Shown one piece after another: positions 39,701 through 52,770 of a DNA stretch of 64,000 bases (position 1 is its first letter; each line of letters starts with the position of its first letter). The notes beneath the pieces were generated by a model. It worked only from the letters and a program-made list of their open reading frames with translations, did no database searches and was not told the DNA's origin. Location: positions 81,344,001-81,408,000 of the forward strand of contig CM060732.1 in the NCBI GenBank assembly GCA_030704615.1, read 5' to 3'. Made by a program: the position numbers and the translations under genes. The DNA comes from Takakia lepidozioides (taxonomy: Eukaryota > Plantae > Bryophyta).

Positions 39701-42700
39701 AGATTCTGTTCTTGAGCTAGATAGATACATACTTCTCTACCCAAGATACTTACATGTTTGCATATGGGTTCTGGAGAGTCTTCTCTGCACCAGTAGGAGG
39801 TGCCATTGCAGGAGGCCAAACTTGAGGGCTAGGGGGATAACCCGAGGGATAGAAAGTAGCCTGCTGATTTTGCCTTCCCAATGGTCCTGGGTATGGCGGA
39901 TTCATTTGTTGGTAAGCCATTGGTGGCGGCCAAGCCGCAGGTGTACTTTGGGGTGCCAATGGCACCGAAGTAAAGTTCAATGCAGGTTCACCGGCTGGCA
40001 GTTGGTATGAAGGTTGCCTGTTTGACAAAACATAAAAAATTGAGCTGCGTTACAAATCCAGCAAGGGATGCCATATATAGGGTTTTTGAGATGTTGTTAA
40101 ACTCATTTGAAGTTTGCAAAAGCTGTCATATTCCAGACACCAGTACCTGAAAGAGAAACTATCTGACCGAATTGTCTCCAACAAATTCTCTGAAAGCCGC
40201 CGTGCATCATCCAAGCTCTTGGGGTTGTCAGCAGAGATGAACAAATGCAATGGCAGGTCTGGCCCAAACATAACTCCAAGTTCTGTTAGTGCACAATAAG
40301 AGGTCACTGAGACCCAAGACCATTGTAATGAAACTAAAGCACAAAGGCATTTCTGAGACCTAGACGGATAGGAGGCAGTGACGATGAAAGCCACATAACT
40401 CACAGGACAATGCTATTGACTACGCTTGCAGTACCCAGCACTAACTGACTGATGCCCAGTTTAATCAATAAGTAGAGTGAGAAGTGGGAAAGAAAGAACA
40501 AGAGGAAGGGGCAACTAGTTCATGTGCTAGTCATAATAAATGTACTCGATTACCATGCCCTGCAAACAATGATGATGATGTACCCATCAGGTTTAAGTCC
40601 CCCAAGGATAATAACCCTTCAGCCAAGGGTGAGAGAAGTGCAGCCTCAGGGCAGCACATCATAGAGGGAGACAAGGGAAGTGGCCTACCTTCGCCTGGAG
40701 GAGTTTCACAATTTCCAGAGCCTCTCCCACGCACAACGACTGTAGCGCCTGTCTCAGTCATAATATGATTTATGTACTGATCCTGCATAAATTGCAATCC
40801 CGAATCCCCCACCGAAGCCAGCAACACCACCACACAATCTCTCCCAAGGATGTGGAGATGTCAGGGACCATTATTTTTATTCTTTGTGTGAGGGTCAAAA
40901 CTCACTAAATGTAAGAAAATGGAAGGGAAGTTTTGTGAGTAAAGACTGGCAACTCTAGTCCCTGCAGGCCTCAACTTCCAAATCAGAGAAGCAAGAGAAA
41001 GAAGATGTAAGAAAGAAAAGAGAGGAGGTTAACAATCAAAAGTGTGTTTTACCATCGTGTCTACACCAGTCTTCGCATTGACACTCAACTCAGAAAATTT
41101 GGGGCATGCTCAAGCCTTATGGAACATTTGACTGCTTCCATACCTAACTGGGTAGAGATCTTACAACTCGCTATAGGAGAGGTGATATCCAGTGGGGACT
41201 ATGCCCTGGAAGGAATGAATACCGAATGTTCCCAGGCAACTGCTACTATGCTTCAATTGTCTTTATTCATGATGGGACTTCACATTCCACCCAAGGCCAG
41301 AACAGGGTGGGGATGATATACTCACCTTTGGACAAAGGGAAAGACACATAGGTCCATATGGTGATCCATTATTTCAGGAAAAGAGAGACAAGATCACATT
41401 GTTACAAAAGCAAGATGAAAAACTTTACTTATCAAAGTGAGTCTCTCCAGAACAACCTGGGGTGTCCACAGAAGCCTAGACACTAGCAAGCAAAGGGCCA
41501 CAGGGCTTACATTTGGGCCACGAATTCGCCCAATAATATTGAATGATGGGTCAGTCTCAAGCCCCACATTGACCGCTGTTGTGAAGGATGGAGCAATCTG
41601 CCAAGGAAACCACAAAGGCTGGACTTTATCAAGAAAGAAACAGGGAAGAAGATGCATTTATTGCTACTGGCAGAGAGATTCAGAAGCATTCTAATACAAA
41701 CATGTCCAAAAAAAACCCAAACACAGAGAACGCAGAAGTCAATTTTGAAAGCTAATATGTCAAAAAAAGAGGGAACAAGGAAAAAGAAGATAATCACATC
41801 CACGGGAAGCGAGAGGCCTATGGGACACAGCAGAACGGCAAGAGAAGGAGAGAGATAGCATTGTTCTGCTGGACTCCTTCCAAGGCCTTAGTATCACGTC
41901 TGATTTACAGTATCACAATGACCTAAATAACAAGATGAAATTGATTTCCTTATTCTAGTACAAATCCACTCATTCGATGGATTTTTGACACATTGCAAGC
42001 AGCTTCACCCATCACAGTCACATACAAGCCAAAAGAGAAAGGAAATGACAAACCGCTCCACCCGACATGCTTCCTGCAGAAAGGGGGCCCAAAACTCGGC
42101 CTTGCTTCAACATCTCCTCTATCAGAGCTGCTGCTGCGTCCACAGACTTGATACGTTCAGCCGTATCTTTCAGCTGTCAAAAAGCTCAAATCTACATTAG
42201 ACTTGTCTGTTCCGCCGCAGTCTGATATTGGCTCTGTCCACATATCCCAAGGTGAGATCAACCCTCTCCCAGAGTGGTGGTGATACGTTCCATCAAAGCC
42301 CAAAAGAAGATGAAAGAAAATTCAATACCTTAGGCAACATCAAAGAATATAGAAGCTTTAGAATCATACACTCCAAATTGCAATCAAATGGCTGGCACTG
42401 ATCCTTCAGAACCCTTGACCTCAACTAGCCTGTTAAGCACACGTAGTGAAGCTACTTGATGTGATAATCACATCACATGAATCTACCATGCCGACTTGTA
42501 ATTGGTAGGGCTCTCTCTCTCAGACCTTCTAAGTAGCAGCCACAAGAGTTGTGAGGAAAACCCCTGCAGAAACACAATAAATCTTACATGAACACCTGAA
42601 GAGATGTGAAGATACAGAGGCTTCTCCGATTCCACAGGTCCGTTCGGTGGCCTGAATTGACCCCTGGTAGATGCAACCGAACAAAGTAGTTTCGTGTGGC

Positions 42701-45051
42701 ATAAGTGATTGTCAGCACTTGCTACCAGAACATCTGTTTTTCACAAGAGCGAGTCCGTGGCTAACCAGATGTGAATTAGACGTCCATAGAATGACTCAGT
42801 AGATTCAATTCAATCACCTCAAGTTGATTGCAATTGTGTAGTCCTTCAAATTACCAACATGAGAACCTTGAGGATGAGGCCTTTTGATATTGGGTATACC
42901 AACAATTGGAAACCTGAGAGCTCACCTAGTAATAACAACCGCACCAGTCTTGGCTTGAATCTGCAGTGCAATGGCACCTGGTCAGTGGCCTGTACCATCT
43001 AGGAAGCTCCTTTATTGACCTTGCAGACCATTTGATTGACCATCAGTTAATATGTTCCTCCTATCTAAGTTTTCCAGGACAAAGAATGCAGCATTGATCT
43101 GCATGACAGAAATTTGAGAAACACACTACTTCGCGAACCTTGAGCATGAAGGTACACAAGGTTAGGTGTCCTGCTGGGCAGTTTCCAAGTTCAGGCTAGG
43201 ACTTTTGGATAGGCATGGGGCTCAAAAATCCCAGGTCACACAAAAGGACAAGAACAACCTGCCAGTCCAAGACAGAAGAAAAGCAGCACATACTTCTTCC
43301 TGAGTTTGACGCTTTGTAAGCTTATAACGTACTCCAGGCTCTGCATCATTGATGATGATTTCACGTGAAATCACTTCATCATGTATCTTGATCTGTGGAA
43401 TAAGCCCTTTTGTTGCCAAATCCTGAAAATCCAATTACCCCCAAGTCTTGGCCCGTAAGGTGAAGAGGAACACGAGCTATATGCAAGAAACAGAGCCTGG
43501 AGGAAGTGGATAACGGAAGAGAGGAAGTGAGTTTGATTGAGAGAAGATGACAAGCTTGCCCTAGAATGTCCACAAGCAGGAAGAGAGGATAAGCCAGAGC
43601 AGGTTGGACCAAGAATATGCAGAAACAAGGAAATCAACCGACCTGGTTGATTTTTTGCACAATGGCTGCCGCTGCACTGTTAGGCGCTGCAGGGGGCACC
43701 ATCGGGAATGGTACCGGGGGCATGGAAACTGCCATAGATGGAAAAACACCCACCAATGATGCAAACATGCCAAGACCTGCCCCTGGAAAAGACATCAGGC
43801 TTGGCATTGCTGACATTGGTACTGCTGCTGTGTCTACAGATTCAGCAGGTTGATCCCACTTCCGTTTCTTCCTGCAGAGCCAAACAGTATCATTTATCTG
43901 TTTGCCCATTCTTGAACTCAAATCTCATTTACTGACTCTTGACCATGAAGAGAACTGAACCAGCCATTCCACCAACACAAGGAAAATGGGGGCTCAGAAC
44001 AGTGTAACCACAATTCAATCATGACCAGTCCTTTGTTACTGCACAGGATTTTACTAAAGTTTCTAATTTGCCCAAAAGGGTCTGTGGCAACAATTAACGA
44101 TGAAAAAACAATGCATGGTCTCCACATCAACTGTAACATTAGTTCAATGTGCGGCAAACACAATTTTCTAGGGTTAGCAATTTGGCAAATTGGTATTGCT
44201 GCTGTGAACCAGCACCAATGGGCAGGTACCTGCAACAGAAACCCAAACGATCAAGTAGAAATATACACATCAGTCTTTCTCTCAGAGAAAGTGGATTCTT
44301 ATAACTACAACAGGACATCCCAAGGCCTCATCCCACCGAATGAGATGTCTAGGGTTCCTGTTTGTGCTTGTGCAGCATCGACCCTACTGACTTCGAATTT
44401 TGAATCCATTATGAGGGTGTAAACTTTGGGGTATTTCCCACCACAGGAAATGGCAGCTGACTAATCTGAGAATAAAATGATATCTTAAGATGCTTAGGCA
44501 ACCAGGCAGATGAACTCTACACAGGCCCGGAAGGGTGGAGCTCAATTCTCATGATACACAAGCGCACAACCAACGCTATGAGTGCAGTGACGCAGAATCG
44601 GATGGCATCCCAAGAAAACCTTTTGACATCCCGAACCCTAAAACGATTAGCCCAAACCGCCCTGTAGCCAATTCCAATGATTCCAGAATATAGCACAACT
44701 TACTAAGTACCCAGGAGAGGAAAGCACTCAGACAGAGATCACAATCCCTGTACGCACTTGCAACGCGAAATAGGATTGTTTTCCAAGTAAGCCTTTTGCC
44801 TTATCCCATACATGCCGAACCCTAAATTGATCACCCCACACCGCACTGCATTCTTGAAGAAATTAAGACGAAAGTAATAAAGAGGAAGGCGCTAAACTTA
44901 AGGGTGCCATCCCTAAGCCCTTGTTAGACCAACGCTTTCCTAGAGACACACACGAAGGAATTATCCGTGGGCTCAAGCGCCGAAAGTTGAATGTTTCAAG
45001 GAAAGTCCCAGCTTACCTCTGACGAGTAGTCGCAGTTGTCTCTTCCGCCAT
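36744..45051 (-). CDS. RIK: RIK (RS2-interacting KH protein, KHDC4/BLOM7-like), 14 exons
   Basis: Approximate exons: 45051-45017, 43871-43643, 43422-43294, 42960-42926, 42663-42588, 42173-42054, 41597-41511, 40782-40689, 40258-40147, 40017-39753, 39578-39331, 39129-38741, 37389-37199, 36871-36744. Motifs RKKRKWDQPAE, REIIINDAE..RYKLTKRQTQEEIQ, EKPLYLHIS, RIRGPNDQYINHIM.ETGA, ERRKFQE, MPPPPPK, LKLVEYG...KPFWAP*. Confidence 0.92.
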
Positions 45052-46949
45052 CGCTCACGCTGTAAGCTCTGTGATTCTCGCTTGCTTGTGCGCCTGCGCG
45101 GGATTCTGACCTTCAGGGGAAGAAGGTAGAAGGAAAGGTCAGATTAGGGCTGACACCCGTCCTCATCCAACCATTAACATTTTATCCATGGCGATGCCCT
45201 AACCTATATTCTCATCCATACGCCCCTACTGGGGGTCTACTTACCCTATACCGATCCATGCACCCCTATTGTGGTTATTTTCGGACAACCAAGTTGTAGC
45301 GCAGGTGGTCATGGGCACATACCTCGGAAGTGGTTGTGGTTTCAACCGCCGACTGGTGTCATAAAAGTGTCCACCGTCCCGTCGCTAGTGAAAGCTACTC
45401 ATAAGTGAAAGCTACTCCAGGTCCAGGACCTTGAGGGGAAAATTAACCCGCTTTCTGAGCAATGAAAGAAAATAAGGGACATAGCCCGAGTCGCAGACCA
45501 CAGCCTGGGATTGAACCCCAGACCCACATGCCACGATCAGCAAAGATAGGAAAACTTCAAGTTACTAGTGTTTTTAGATATCTGGCGAAATTGCGCACTT
45601 TTTCGACCCGAAATATTCTCTCATAAATTCCCTGTTTTTTCATGGATGAAAATTGAAATCGCCAAATTTCTCCAAATAAATATAAATTATGGATGAATTC
45701 ACCAAATATAGATGATATAAATGGATGAAATTACATCAATGGATGATTCTATCCAAATTCCAGTGGACGAACAGAAAATATGGCAAAACTAAGTAGCCAC
45801 TCGTGCTATTTCCCAAATTTGGAAAACAATTTTTTTTTGTTTTTGTTTTTGGAGGGCCCTGCCCAACTTTCTTTCCGAAAAGCCAATAAAATAAGTGAAA
45901 AGAGAGAAAAGGAAAAAGAAAACATTTGAAAAATGGCGCTGCTCTCGCATGTATATTTGGCAATACTTACTGACACGTGGGTGACTAAACCCAAGAACGC
46001 ATGTTGGGCCGCACACATGCTGTCGCTGGATCCACGTGGCAGGAGGCGAGTGGGCTCACCAGAGTAATAGGGGTGGACGCATTTTCCCTTTACGCATCAC
46101 GCGCTTCGTAGTAGTCACCAGTCACTACGTATTCCACGTACGGTTACGAGTACAATACGAAATAGGTAGGTACAATTTTACCGTGCAGAGCGTTTGACTT
46201 AGGTGTACGCGTACAGTAATACCTACCGGCCTGGCACACGTGTGAGGTATACGCAGGTGCTTGGCTCTTTCTTCGTCTCTCTCTGGCGTTAACGACAGAG
46301 AGAAGGAAGATGTGCAGACTACGTTGATCGAAGCTTAGATCTTGCAGCTCGGTTGCTTGTACACAGGGGCAGCTTGTGTGTTTTCTAGAGTCTGCGCAGA
46401 AGGTTTTCTGGAGATTATTTCGATCGTTTCCGTTGAAGAGATAGAAGTTATGACAGAGGGACATGAAGCAAGTTTGGTGCGTGAGCGTGCATTGTTTGGT
46501 ATGAAGATTGAATATAGACACATCGTTTGACGAGTTTGGTGAACATATTAGGTTCCAGTCTTTGAGCGAGGAAGAGAGATTGTGATGAGATCTGCAAAAG
46601 CGAGTCGTCTAAAGCCTTGTAACGAGGCAGTTTTGAGAGGCGTCTGACAGTATCGGTCAACTTAATAGGGAAGAGAAGCAGAGGGAAACTGGCATTGGTA
46701 GTCTTAGTGGCAAGACCCTGGACAAGTTTGTCCTCTTAAGGGACTTGTTGGAAAATGCTGTGAATAAACATACGTCTTCGTTGTCGTTTCCACACTTACC
46801 TTCTTCTCGTGTTGTCTTTGCAATCTAGATAGGTGGATTACTCTGCTGACAACAAGGGACGCGTTATGTCAATGTAGAAATTCTTCTGTTTCTGAGTATC
46901 TGAATACTCTCTGGCTCTGCCTAGCTTGTTTGCAAGGGCTTGCCTCTCA

Positions 46950-49016
46950 ATGGATCCATGTCCAGATTCAACCAAGGGACCTTGTTTTACCAGCCGGATG
47001 TTAGACTCTCTCTTCTTCTCGATGGCGGTTTATGAGCCCACTCCAGAGGCCGTGCTTGCTGATCTGCAGGCAAGATTTGGCTATGTGCGCCCGGTGATGG
47101 AGTATGGCTTTGGCGAGGATGGGAAACAAGCGATTTTTGCTGCCAGGAGCTCCCAAGGTCACATAATTATTGCCTGCAGAGGAACTGCGGGCTTGAAGGA
47201 TGTCTTGCAAGATTTAAAGTACTTCCAAACGCGGCTCAAGTATGCAAGGGGGACCGCTCACTGGGGATTTGCGGAGAGGGCGCAAAGTGTCCCCATTGAC
47301 TTTTTTTGCAAATTGTTAAGTTCTGGAGAGGAGATCATCTTCACAGGGCACTCCCTCGGCGGTGCAGTCGCCTCCCTGCTTAGTCTAAGAGTACTGGAAC
47401 AGAGCAAAGGGTTGTATCAACAGCAGGTGCAATGCATTACGTTTGGATCACCCCTCTTTGCTAGTGAGACTTTGGCCAAGATCATTAACTCTAGCTACAA
47501 GGATGTGTTCATTCATGTAGTTTCAAAAAGAGATTGCGTTCCCAAGATCCTCCCAGTCGTCTCTGCCATCCAGCGTTTGTTGTATTCCAGTGAGGATCAT
47601 CTGGAGGGTTTGTCAGTGTTGAGGAAGTGCCTGGAGTGCATAAAATGGCTCCCTGTAGCAGCCCTGATAAGAGGGATTGAGCAGAGAATTCCCTCTTCTC
47701 TCAAGTTGTTACTGCGGTGCGTGATGAAGCTGGCATGGCCATCACATATGACAGGATCTTATGCATTTGCAGGCCATGTTCTGATGCTGGACTCAGATGT
47801 CAAAGTCGAAAGGTCGCTGAAGTTTACTAGCGCAGAAGATCTGAATATCTGGCATTCACAGCTCAATTTTGCTCTTGGTGCGGGGTTTGATGTCTCCATG
47901 ATTCAGGAGCATGGACTGAACTATTACCATGATGGCATTGTACGTGTATTTTCGCAAGTGCTTGTAAGTCATGAGGTGAGTACCTTCACTACAAGAAATT
48001 GCCAGCCTGTTGAGTCTACCTGCATCCTGTTGGAAGAGGATGAGCAGTGTTGGAGATCCTATGAGGCTGCATGCAAAATCTGTCAGGAGACCTGGGGAGA
48101 ATGCCAGCAAAAGCACATTACCATTGTATTGTCCAGGAAGCCTGTGTGCAAGGAGTTGTGCTCTAGTCTTTGTGAAGTCCACATACTGAGCAGGAATTTG
48201 AATGAAAAGGCGTTGCCTCCATCACATTCAGCGAAGGATGTTGATCAAAGGCAGCAGTATCTACATGGGGAGAAGGATGTCTCAAAAGAATTAGAGTATG
48301 TGCAGGGCTCAGGGCCAATGAAGGATGGGATTAATTCAGCCAGTGTCAGCATAGACCAGACTTTTCAGCTCTCAACTTGTAGCCACAATTCTAGCTGTGG
48401 GAGCAAGCTAAATGCCTCACTTGTTTCGGATGTACATCAGTGCAAGGAGAAAAGTCTCTCTTTATTGCTTTCACAGAGGGACAGTGGGCCAGAATGCATG
48501 TCCAACAGCAGGGTTTGTCTTCGCGGGGCTTGCTTTGGCGCCAGTGCCCATGGCAATCAAGGCTATTATGTAGGATGCAACGCCATGAGATTATATTCCA
48601 CGAAAAATGGTGGATGCTGTGCTTATGCCATGAGCCTTGTTTGTGCCCACCCTCTTGAAGTACCTACACACTGTGCAACTGTTCCGTCAGGCTTTACCTC
48701 GAAAACAGGATCACATTATGAGACAAATGAAAGTGGTGCTCTGGTGGTGAGATCAGACAAGTGCTTGGCTCTCTACAGTTTAGGTGGGTCTTTTGCTGGG
48801 GACTCAACAACTGATGTCCCTTTGATATCAAATACCTGCAAGATGTCCTCCTTAGTCTGCCAAAAATTGGATGGAAGGAAGGAGGTTCATCAAAGACGAT
48901 TCAGGTTTGGTTGGTTTATTGGAACAATTGGCAGGGTTGCACGCCATTTGCGTACCCTCGACAACTTATGCATCTTCACGTTTGTTCGGATTGCCCTGGG
49001 TAATATACTGGGGTAA
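46950..49016 (+). CDS. Intronless class-3 lipase (alpha/beta hydrolase) with a Cys/Ser-rich C-terminal extension
   Basis: IACRGT, AHWGFAERA, FTGHSLGG nucleophile elbow, CITFGSP, HVVSKRDCVP, candidate catalytic His in QEHGLNYY. First ATG at 46950, after an acceptor-like ctag at ~46924. Confidence 0.88.
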   Translation: MDPCPDSTKGPCFTSRMLDSLFFSMAVYEPTPEAVLADLQARFGYVRPVMEYGFGEDGKQAIFAARSSQGHIIIACRGTAGLKDVLQDLKYFQTRLKYARGTAHWGFAERAQSVPIDFFCKLLSSGEEIIFTGHSLGGAVASLLSLRVLEQSKGLYQQQVQCITFGSPLFASETLAKIINSSYKDVFIHVVSKRDCVPKILPVVSAIQRLLYSSEDHLEGLSVLRKCLECIKWLPVAALIRGIEQRIPSSLKLLLRCVMKLAWPSHMTGSYAFAGHVLMLDSDVKVERSLKFTSAEDLNIWHSQLNFALGAGFDVSMIQEHGLNYYHDGIVRVFSQVLVSHEVSTFTTRNCQPVESTCILLEEDEQCWRSYEAACKICQETWGECQQKHITIVLSRKPVCKELCSSLCEVHILSRNLNEKALPPSHSAKDVDQRQQYLHGEKDVSKELEYVQGSGPMKDGINSASVSIDQTFQLSTCSHNSSCGSKLNASLVSDVHQCKEKSLSLLLSQRDSGPECMSNSRVCLRGACFGASAHGNQGYYVGCNAMRLYSTKNGGCCAYAMSLVCAHPLEVPTHCATVPSGFTSKTGSHYETNESGALVVRSDKCLALYSLGGSFAGDSTTDVPLISNTCKMSSLVCQKLDGRKEVHQRRFRFGWFIGTIGRVARHLRTLDNLCIFTFVRIALGNILG

Positions 49017-51148
49017 ACCCCTTTACAGTGGGAACCAAGGATAGTTTCTTGCAAGTGGCTGTTCTCTCTGGTGTTCTCTCATCCTGGTGTTTGAAATCCA
49101 GTGCGAGGAGGCTTTACTCTATCAATTGCTTGGTATCTATGGAACTGTTTTGAGGGGCAGAAGAAAGTGGTATGCCTCTCTGTCAAGCTGCTTCAGGTGG
49201 TGTTCTTCCTGAACTTGATCAGCAAGCCAGGGAATTGATCTTTAGTCACATGAGGATAGCACTAAAGCCAGTGCCCAACAAATTGTCCAGTTATTGCCAG
49301 CGTTGCTGGCACATGCTTTGATAGAGTGCTGCTCATTCTTGAACTGATGTTTTCAAATTCAACATCAGAGGAAGTAGTTAGCTCTGACTGAACCCATATC
49401 GTTCGGTCCACCCAATTTGTCGATATCTCCAGGCGGATGAAGTTTTGGATAATTTTGAGTGTTGCCATTCAATGCACCCAGAATCTGTACCTATTGTACT
49501 AGGTTTGTTTCCAATTTCTGGCTAATTCAATATTGGGTGCACCTTCTGATTGCAACCAAGTCAGTCTGTTATTCTCACTTAATGAATGATTGGCTCTCAT
49601 CTGAACTGAGACTCAGCTAAGCTGAAAAGAAAGAAGGAAATAGGGGGTTAATCCGAAACTTTCTAACCTGGTCTATCTTGCAGCTGCATAAGACAGGGAT
49701 AAGACAGAACCTGCATGCCCCAACAGAAACAGACGATTGGAAAGGTCCATTCTGGCCATCACACCTGCATGTCACCATCTTGATGGTGAATGCAAAGGAC
49801 TGTCGAAAGCAAACTTGCAAGTAAGCACAGATCCATTCACAGATCCATTGCCGTCTCATGCAGTAATCTAATGATTCCTTACTGTTATTACCCCTAGCTC
49901 TGCTTCCAGCCTCTCCACAGTTTATCAACATCAGATTTCCAAAAACTCGAAATTGTACAAGACAAGCATTCCAAGGCATGAGGATCCAAAGACCCTCTAT
50001 AACTTTGTTAACTAGATTCAGTCTTCCACAGTTTTGCCAATCAAACTTTCCTGTGTATATAGTGCTCACAAGAACATTGACCTTAAATATCTATGTAGCT
50101 GATGACGAGTTTTCCCCCTCAAGAGCTTATGGGGCCATGTGATTCCATGGTCGACACCAATGATGTTCAATTTTGAACGAAGTCTTTGGTGAAGTGCTGC
50201 AAATGTGGCCACATCCACTGCAAGCGAGCTTCCCTCAATACAAGGCTGTAAAGCCTTGTTTGTTTTAGCAAGTGCAGAATGTGCACAACCCATGTCAAAG
50301 TGGGCATGTAGAAGCTCTGTGTGCTAGGGGGAAGAGGCTCTTATTTACGCTAGCTTGGGCTGGCGTCATATATATATATATGAAAGTACAGCTTCAACGA
50401 ATTGACAATTGATCAAGTGTTCTGGAAATTCCCCTGTTCTGGAAAAAAGAAAAAAAAAGAAAAAAAAAGACCAAGTGCTGTTGTAGGGTTTGCTTTATTC
50501 AGCAATTCCTCCCCTTTTCCTTGTCATCTCTGTGCCTTAAATTTCTGATTTCACCAATTTGAGCCAGCCAAGTGCTAACCTCCCAATACAGCATACTGAG
50601 GCGTGAACAACTGTGTAGCCCTTGGAAACTGTACGGATGTAGCATTCAAAACTGTGATTAGAGATAGGTTCCTACCCCAACCCTGACACATTTTTGCAAA
50701 GGAAATATGCACGACCAACTAACATACACGATGTATGTTTCTCAGTCTTGCAACTCAAAATTGAGGTGGTCTTTGCTCCCCTGCAGGTCGGGAGGGCACC
50801 GGTATTGGTAGTTCTCACCCCATGATAACTTACGTATTAAGTGAAGACCAGCAACGAGGATTTCAATTAACCTAGGTCACCTGCACTTTGCTCTGTGTAA
50901 CATGCCTATTATTTGCAACTCTTCTGTTTGAAATCTGCACTCAATTGAAGAGTCCAATGCCCACACCTCTCAGTAAGTGAACAGGTAGAAAGTCCTCTTT
51001 TTTGTTCTAGACAGACAAATTTATAAGTGGTCACACTCTCTTCTTATGTAGCAGATGTTAGAAATTCTGGAGAACTGATCTCACAATGTATCAGAACATC
51101 TTCGCCTTAGGATGTGGTGGTGTGCGTCCGAAATGTGCCAACGATAAT

Positions 51149-51224
51149 AGGCCTCTCAGAGCCAACAAATGGGGCAAGGAGGAGGGATATGTTGATTAGA
51201 CTATGGCCCCTTTCATCACAACCT
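51149..51224 (-). ncRNA. Candidate box C/D snoRNA
   Basis: C box GUGAUGA (51219-51213), D box CUGA (51159-51156), terminal AGGUU/GGCCU stem; lies within the snoRNA cluster. Confidence 0.4.
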
Positions 51225-51708
51225 CACTGGCATTGATAGCAAACAGCTGGTTAAAGAAGGGCACAGGACAGCCAGATTCGCAGTGAGGTATCCAGCTTTG
51301 AATTGTGCTTGGTAGAGTGTTTAGACTTGAAAAGTAAAACCTAAAAGACAATCATCCAACTTTAGACTCGACAATGTGGACACGTCTGCTGAAGCCAAGG
51401 CAACCGAGTGAACAGGCCTCCCCCACTATACCAGACATTGACCAGTTTTCCTGTTGTCATTTTCCGACGCAGATGTATCATTGACTCGTGAAGCCGTGTA
51501 CATCAGCTTTAATTGATGACCTACCAATTGCAGATCCATACAGAGACAAGCAATCAGAAGCAGGATGACCAAAAAGTCTTCGTTTCGCACTTGCGGGAAT
51601 CTGAGCATGCATCGCCAGGCCACTCAAAGGCAGCAGAAAAGTGGAACTCACTCTCAGTCATCCTTCAGAAACAGAATCAGGAGGTAAACCCTCACCAACC
51701 CAAAAGAG

Positions 51709-51802
51709 GGGCTCAGAATCGGCCATGGTTTATTGGTTCGATTCATGCCAAGCAGTATCCTCACTAGTATTCAGTAGAGGGAGCTGTGATTCCTCATTGC
51801 CC
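51709..51802 (-). ncRNA. Box C/D snoRNA, snoR30/SNORD100-like, copy 1
   Basis: GGGC/GCCC stem, C box AUGAGGA, D' CUGA preceded by GCUCCCUCU (complement of conserved 18S AGAGGGAGC), C' GUGAGGA, D CUGA. Confidence 0.65.
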
Positions 51803-51880
51803 AGCTTTTGGAAAGCACTTAAAAGAAACAAGCACGTAATGAGGAGGAAAACCCTCACTCGCCAAAAAACGCCAAAAGAG

Positions 51881-51974
51881 GGGCTCAGAGTCGGCCATGG
51901 TTTATTGGTTCGATTCATGCCAAGCAGTGTCCTCACTGATATTCAGTAGAGGGAGCTGTGAGTCCTCATTGCCC
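51881..51974 (-). ncRNA. Box C/D snoRNA, snoR30/SNORD100-like, copy 2
   Basis: Tandem paralog at 172-bp spacing; boxes and the 18S guide are conserved while the spacer differs. Confidence 0.65.
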
Positions 51975-52053
51975 AGCTTTTGGAAAGCACTCGTTCAGAG
52001 AAATGAGTATCGGAAAGAGAAACGACCATATTCTAGTTCAAGGGGATTGGAAA

Positions 52054-52127
52054 GTGTCAGAAGTGCAGGCATACGTCACATGCATTAGCATCGGAGGGAA
52101 TCCGATTGACTGCAACTCATCCCTCAC
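52054..52127 (-). ncRNA. Box C/D snoRNA with a 25S rRNA guide (snoR12/U37-like target region)
   Basis: GUG/CAC stem, C-like GGGAUGA, guide UCGGAUUCCC (complement of LSU GGGAAUCCGA) before D' CCGA, terminal CUGA. Confidence 0.55.
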
Positions 52128-52268
52128 TGATCTTTGAGACCTTGATGTCTACACGAAAGACAGACTTGTTTCACATGAGGACGATGACAGGATAACGAGG
52201 GGTTCAAGCATACACAGATATCAAATCTCTCTCGTGTCCAGCTTACCATAGTTGGAGATACTGCGCAT

Positions 52269-52389
52269 GGTCTCAGATATCCAAGGAAGGTTAAAACAGC
52301 ATCAGTTCTCAAGCCTGGCATGGCGAAAACTCTCAGGCGGCCACTGCGAATGTTTGAGAAACAAGCCTAGTAGTTTATCATCATCGACC
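52269..52389 (-). ncRNA. U14: U14 snoRNA (plant type, with Y domain)
   Basis: GGUC/GACC stem, C box AUGAUGA, domain A CAUUCGCAGU, Y-domain GGCCGCCUGAGAGUUUUCGCC, domain B CCUUCCUUGGAU before D box CUGA. Confidence 0.93.
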
Positions 52390-52770
52390 ATACAGCAGCA
52401 TCCGACCCATGGTTCGGTCTTTCGTTTATTGCACTCAGTTGCAAACAAGACGACAAAGTTCTTCCAATGACCGCATGACGTAACAAAAGGTAGATGTAAC
52501 AAGTTCGACACCAACTCCTATGCTGAAACAAAGACGAGCAACCCTGCTTCAGAAACACAGGCAAACAAAGCAAAAGAAACGGAGAAGTGCGAACAATAGA
52601 AGAGGACAGGGAGAGATGAGGGAAAGGCAGGAGCCTCTTCTCACGACAACGAAAACCAACAGCTCCTACTTCCACCACACCTCCCACATCAAGCCCTCTA
52701 CGAAGCCTCGACCCACTAATGAAAACCGCTCCCTCAAATGCACAAGCACACGGAAAGCTGCACTGCCTCC

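Noticed and set aside
50066-50293. MGC-starting ORF as the missing CBL N-terminus
   Set aside because: No CBL similarity beyond MGCxHS, and it lies downstream of the CBL fragment.
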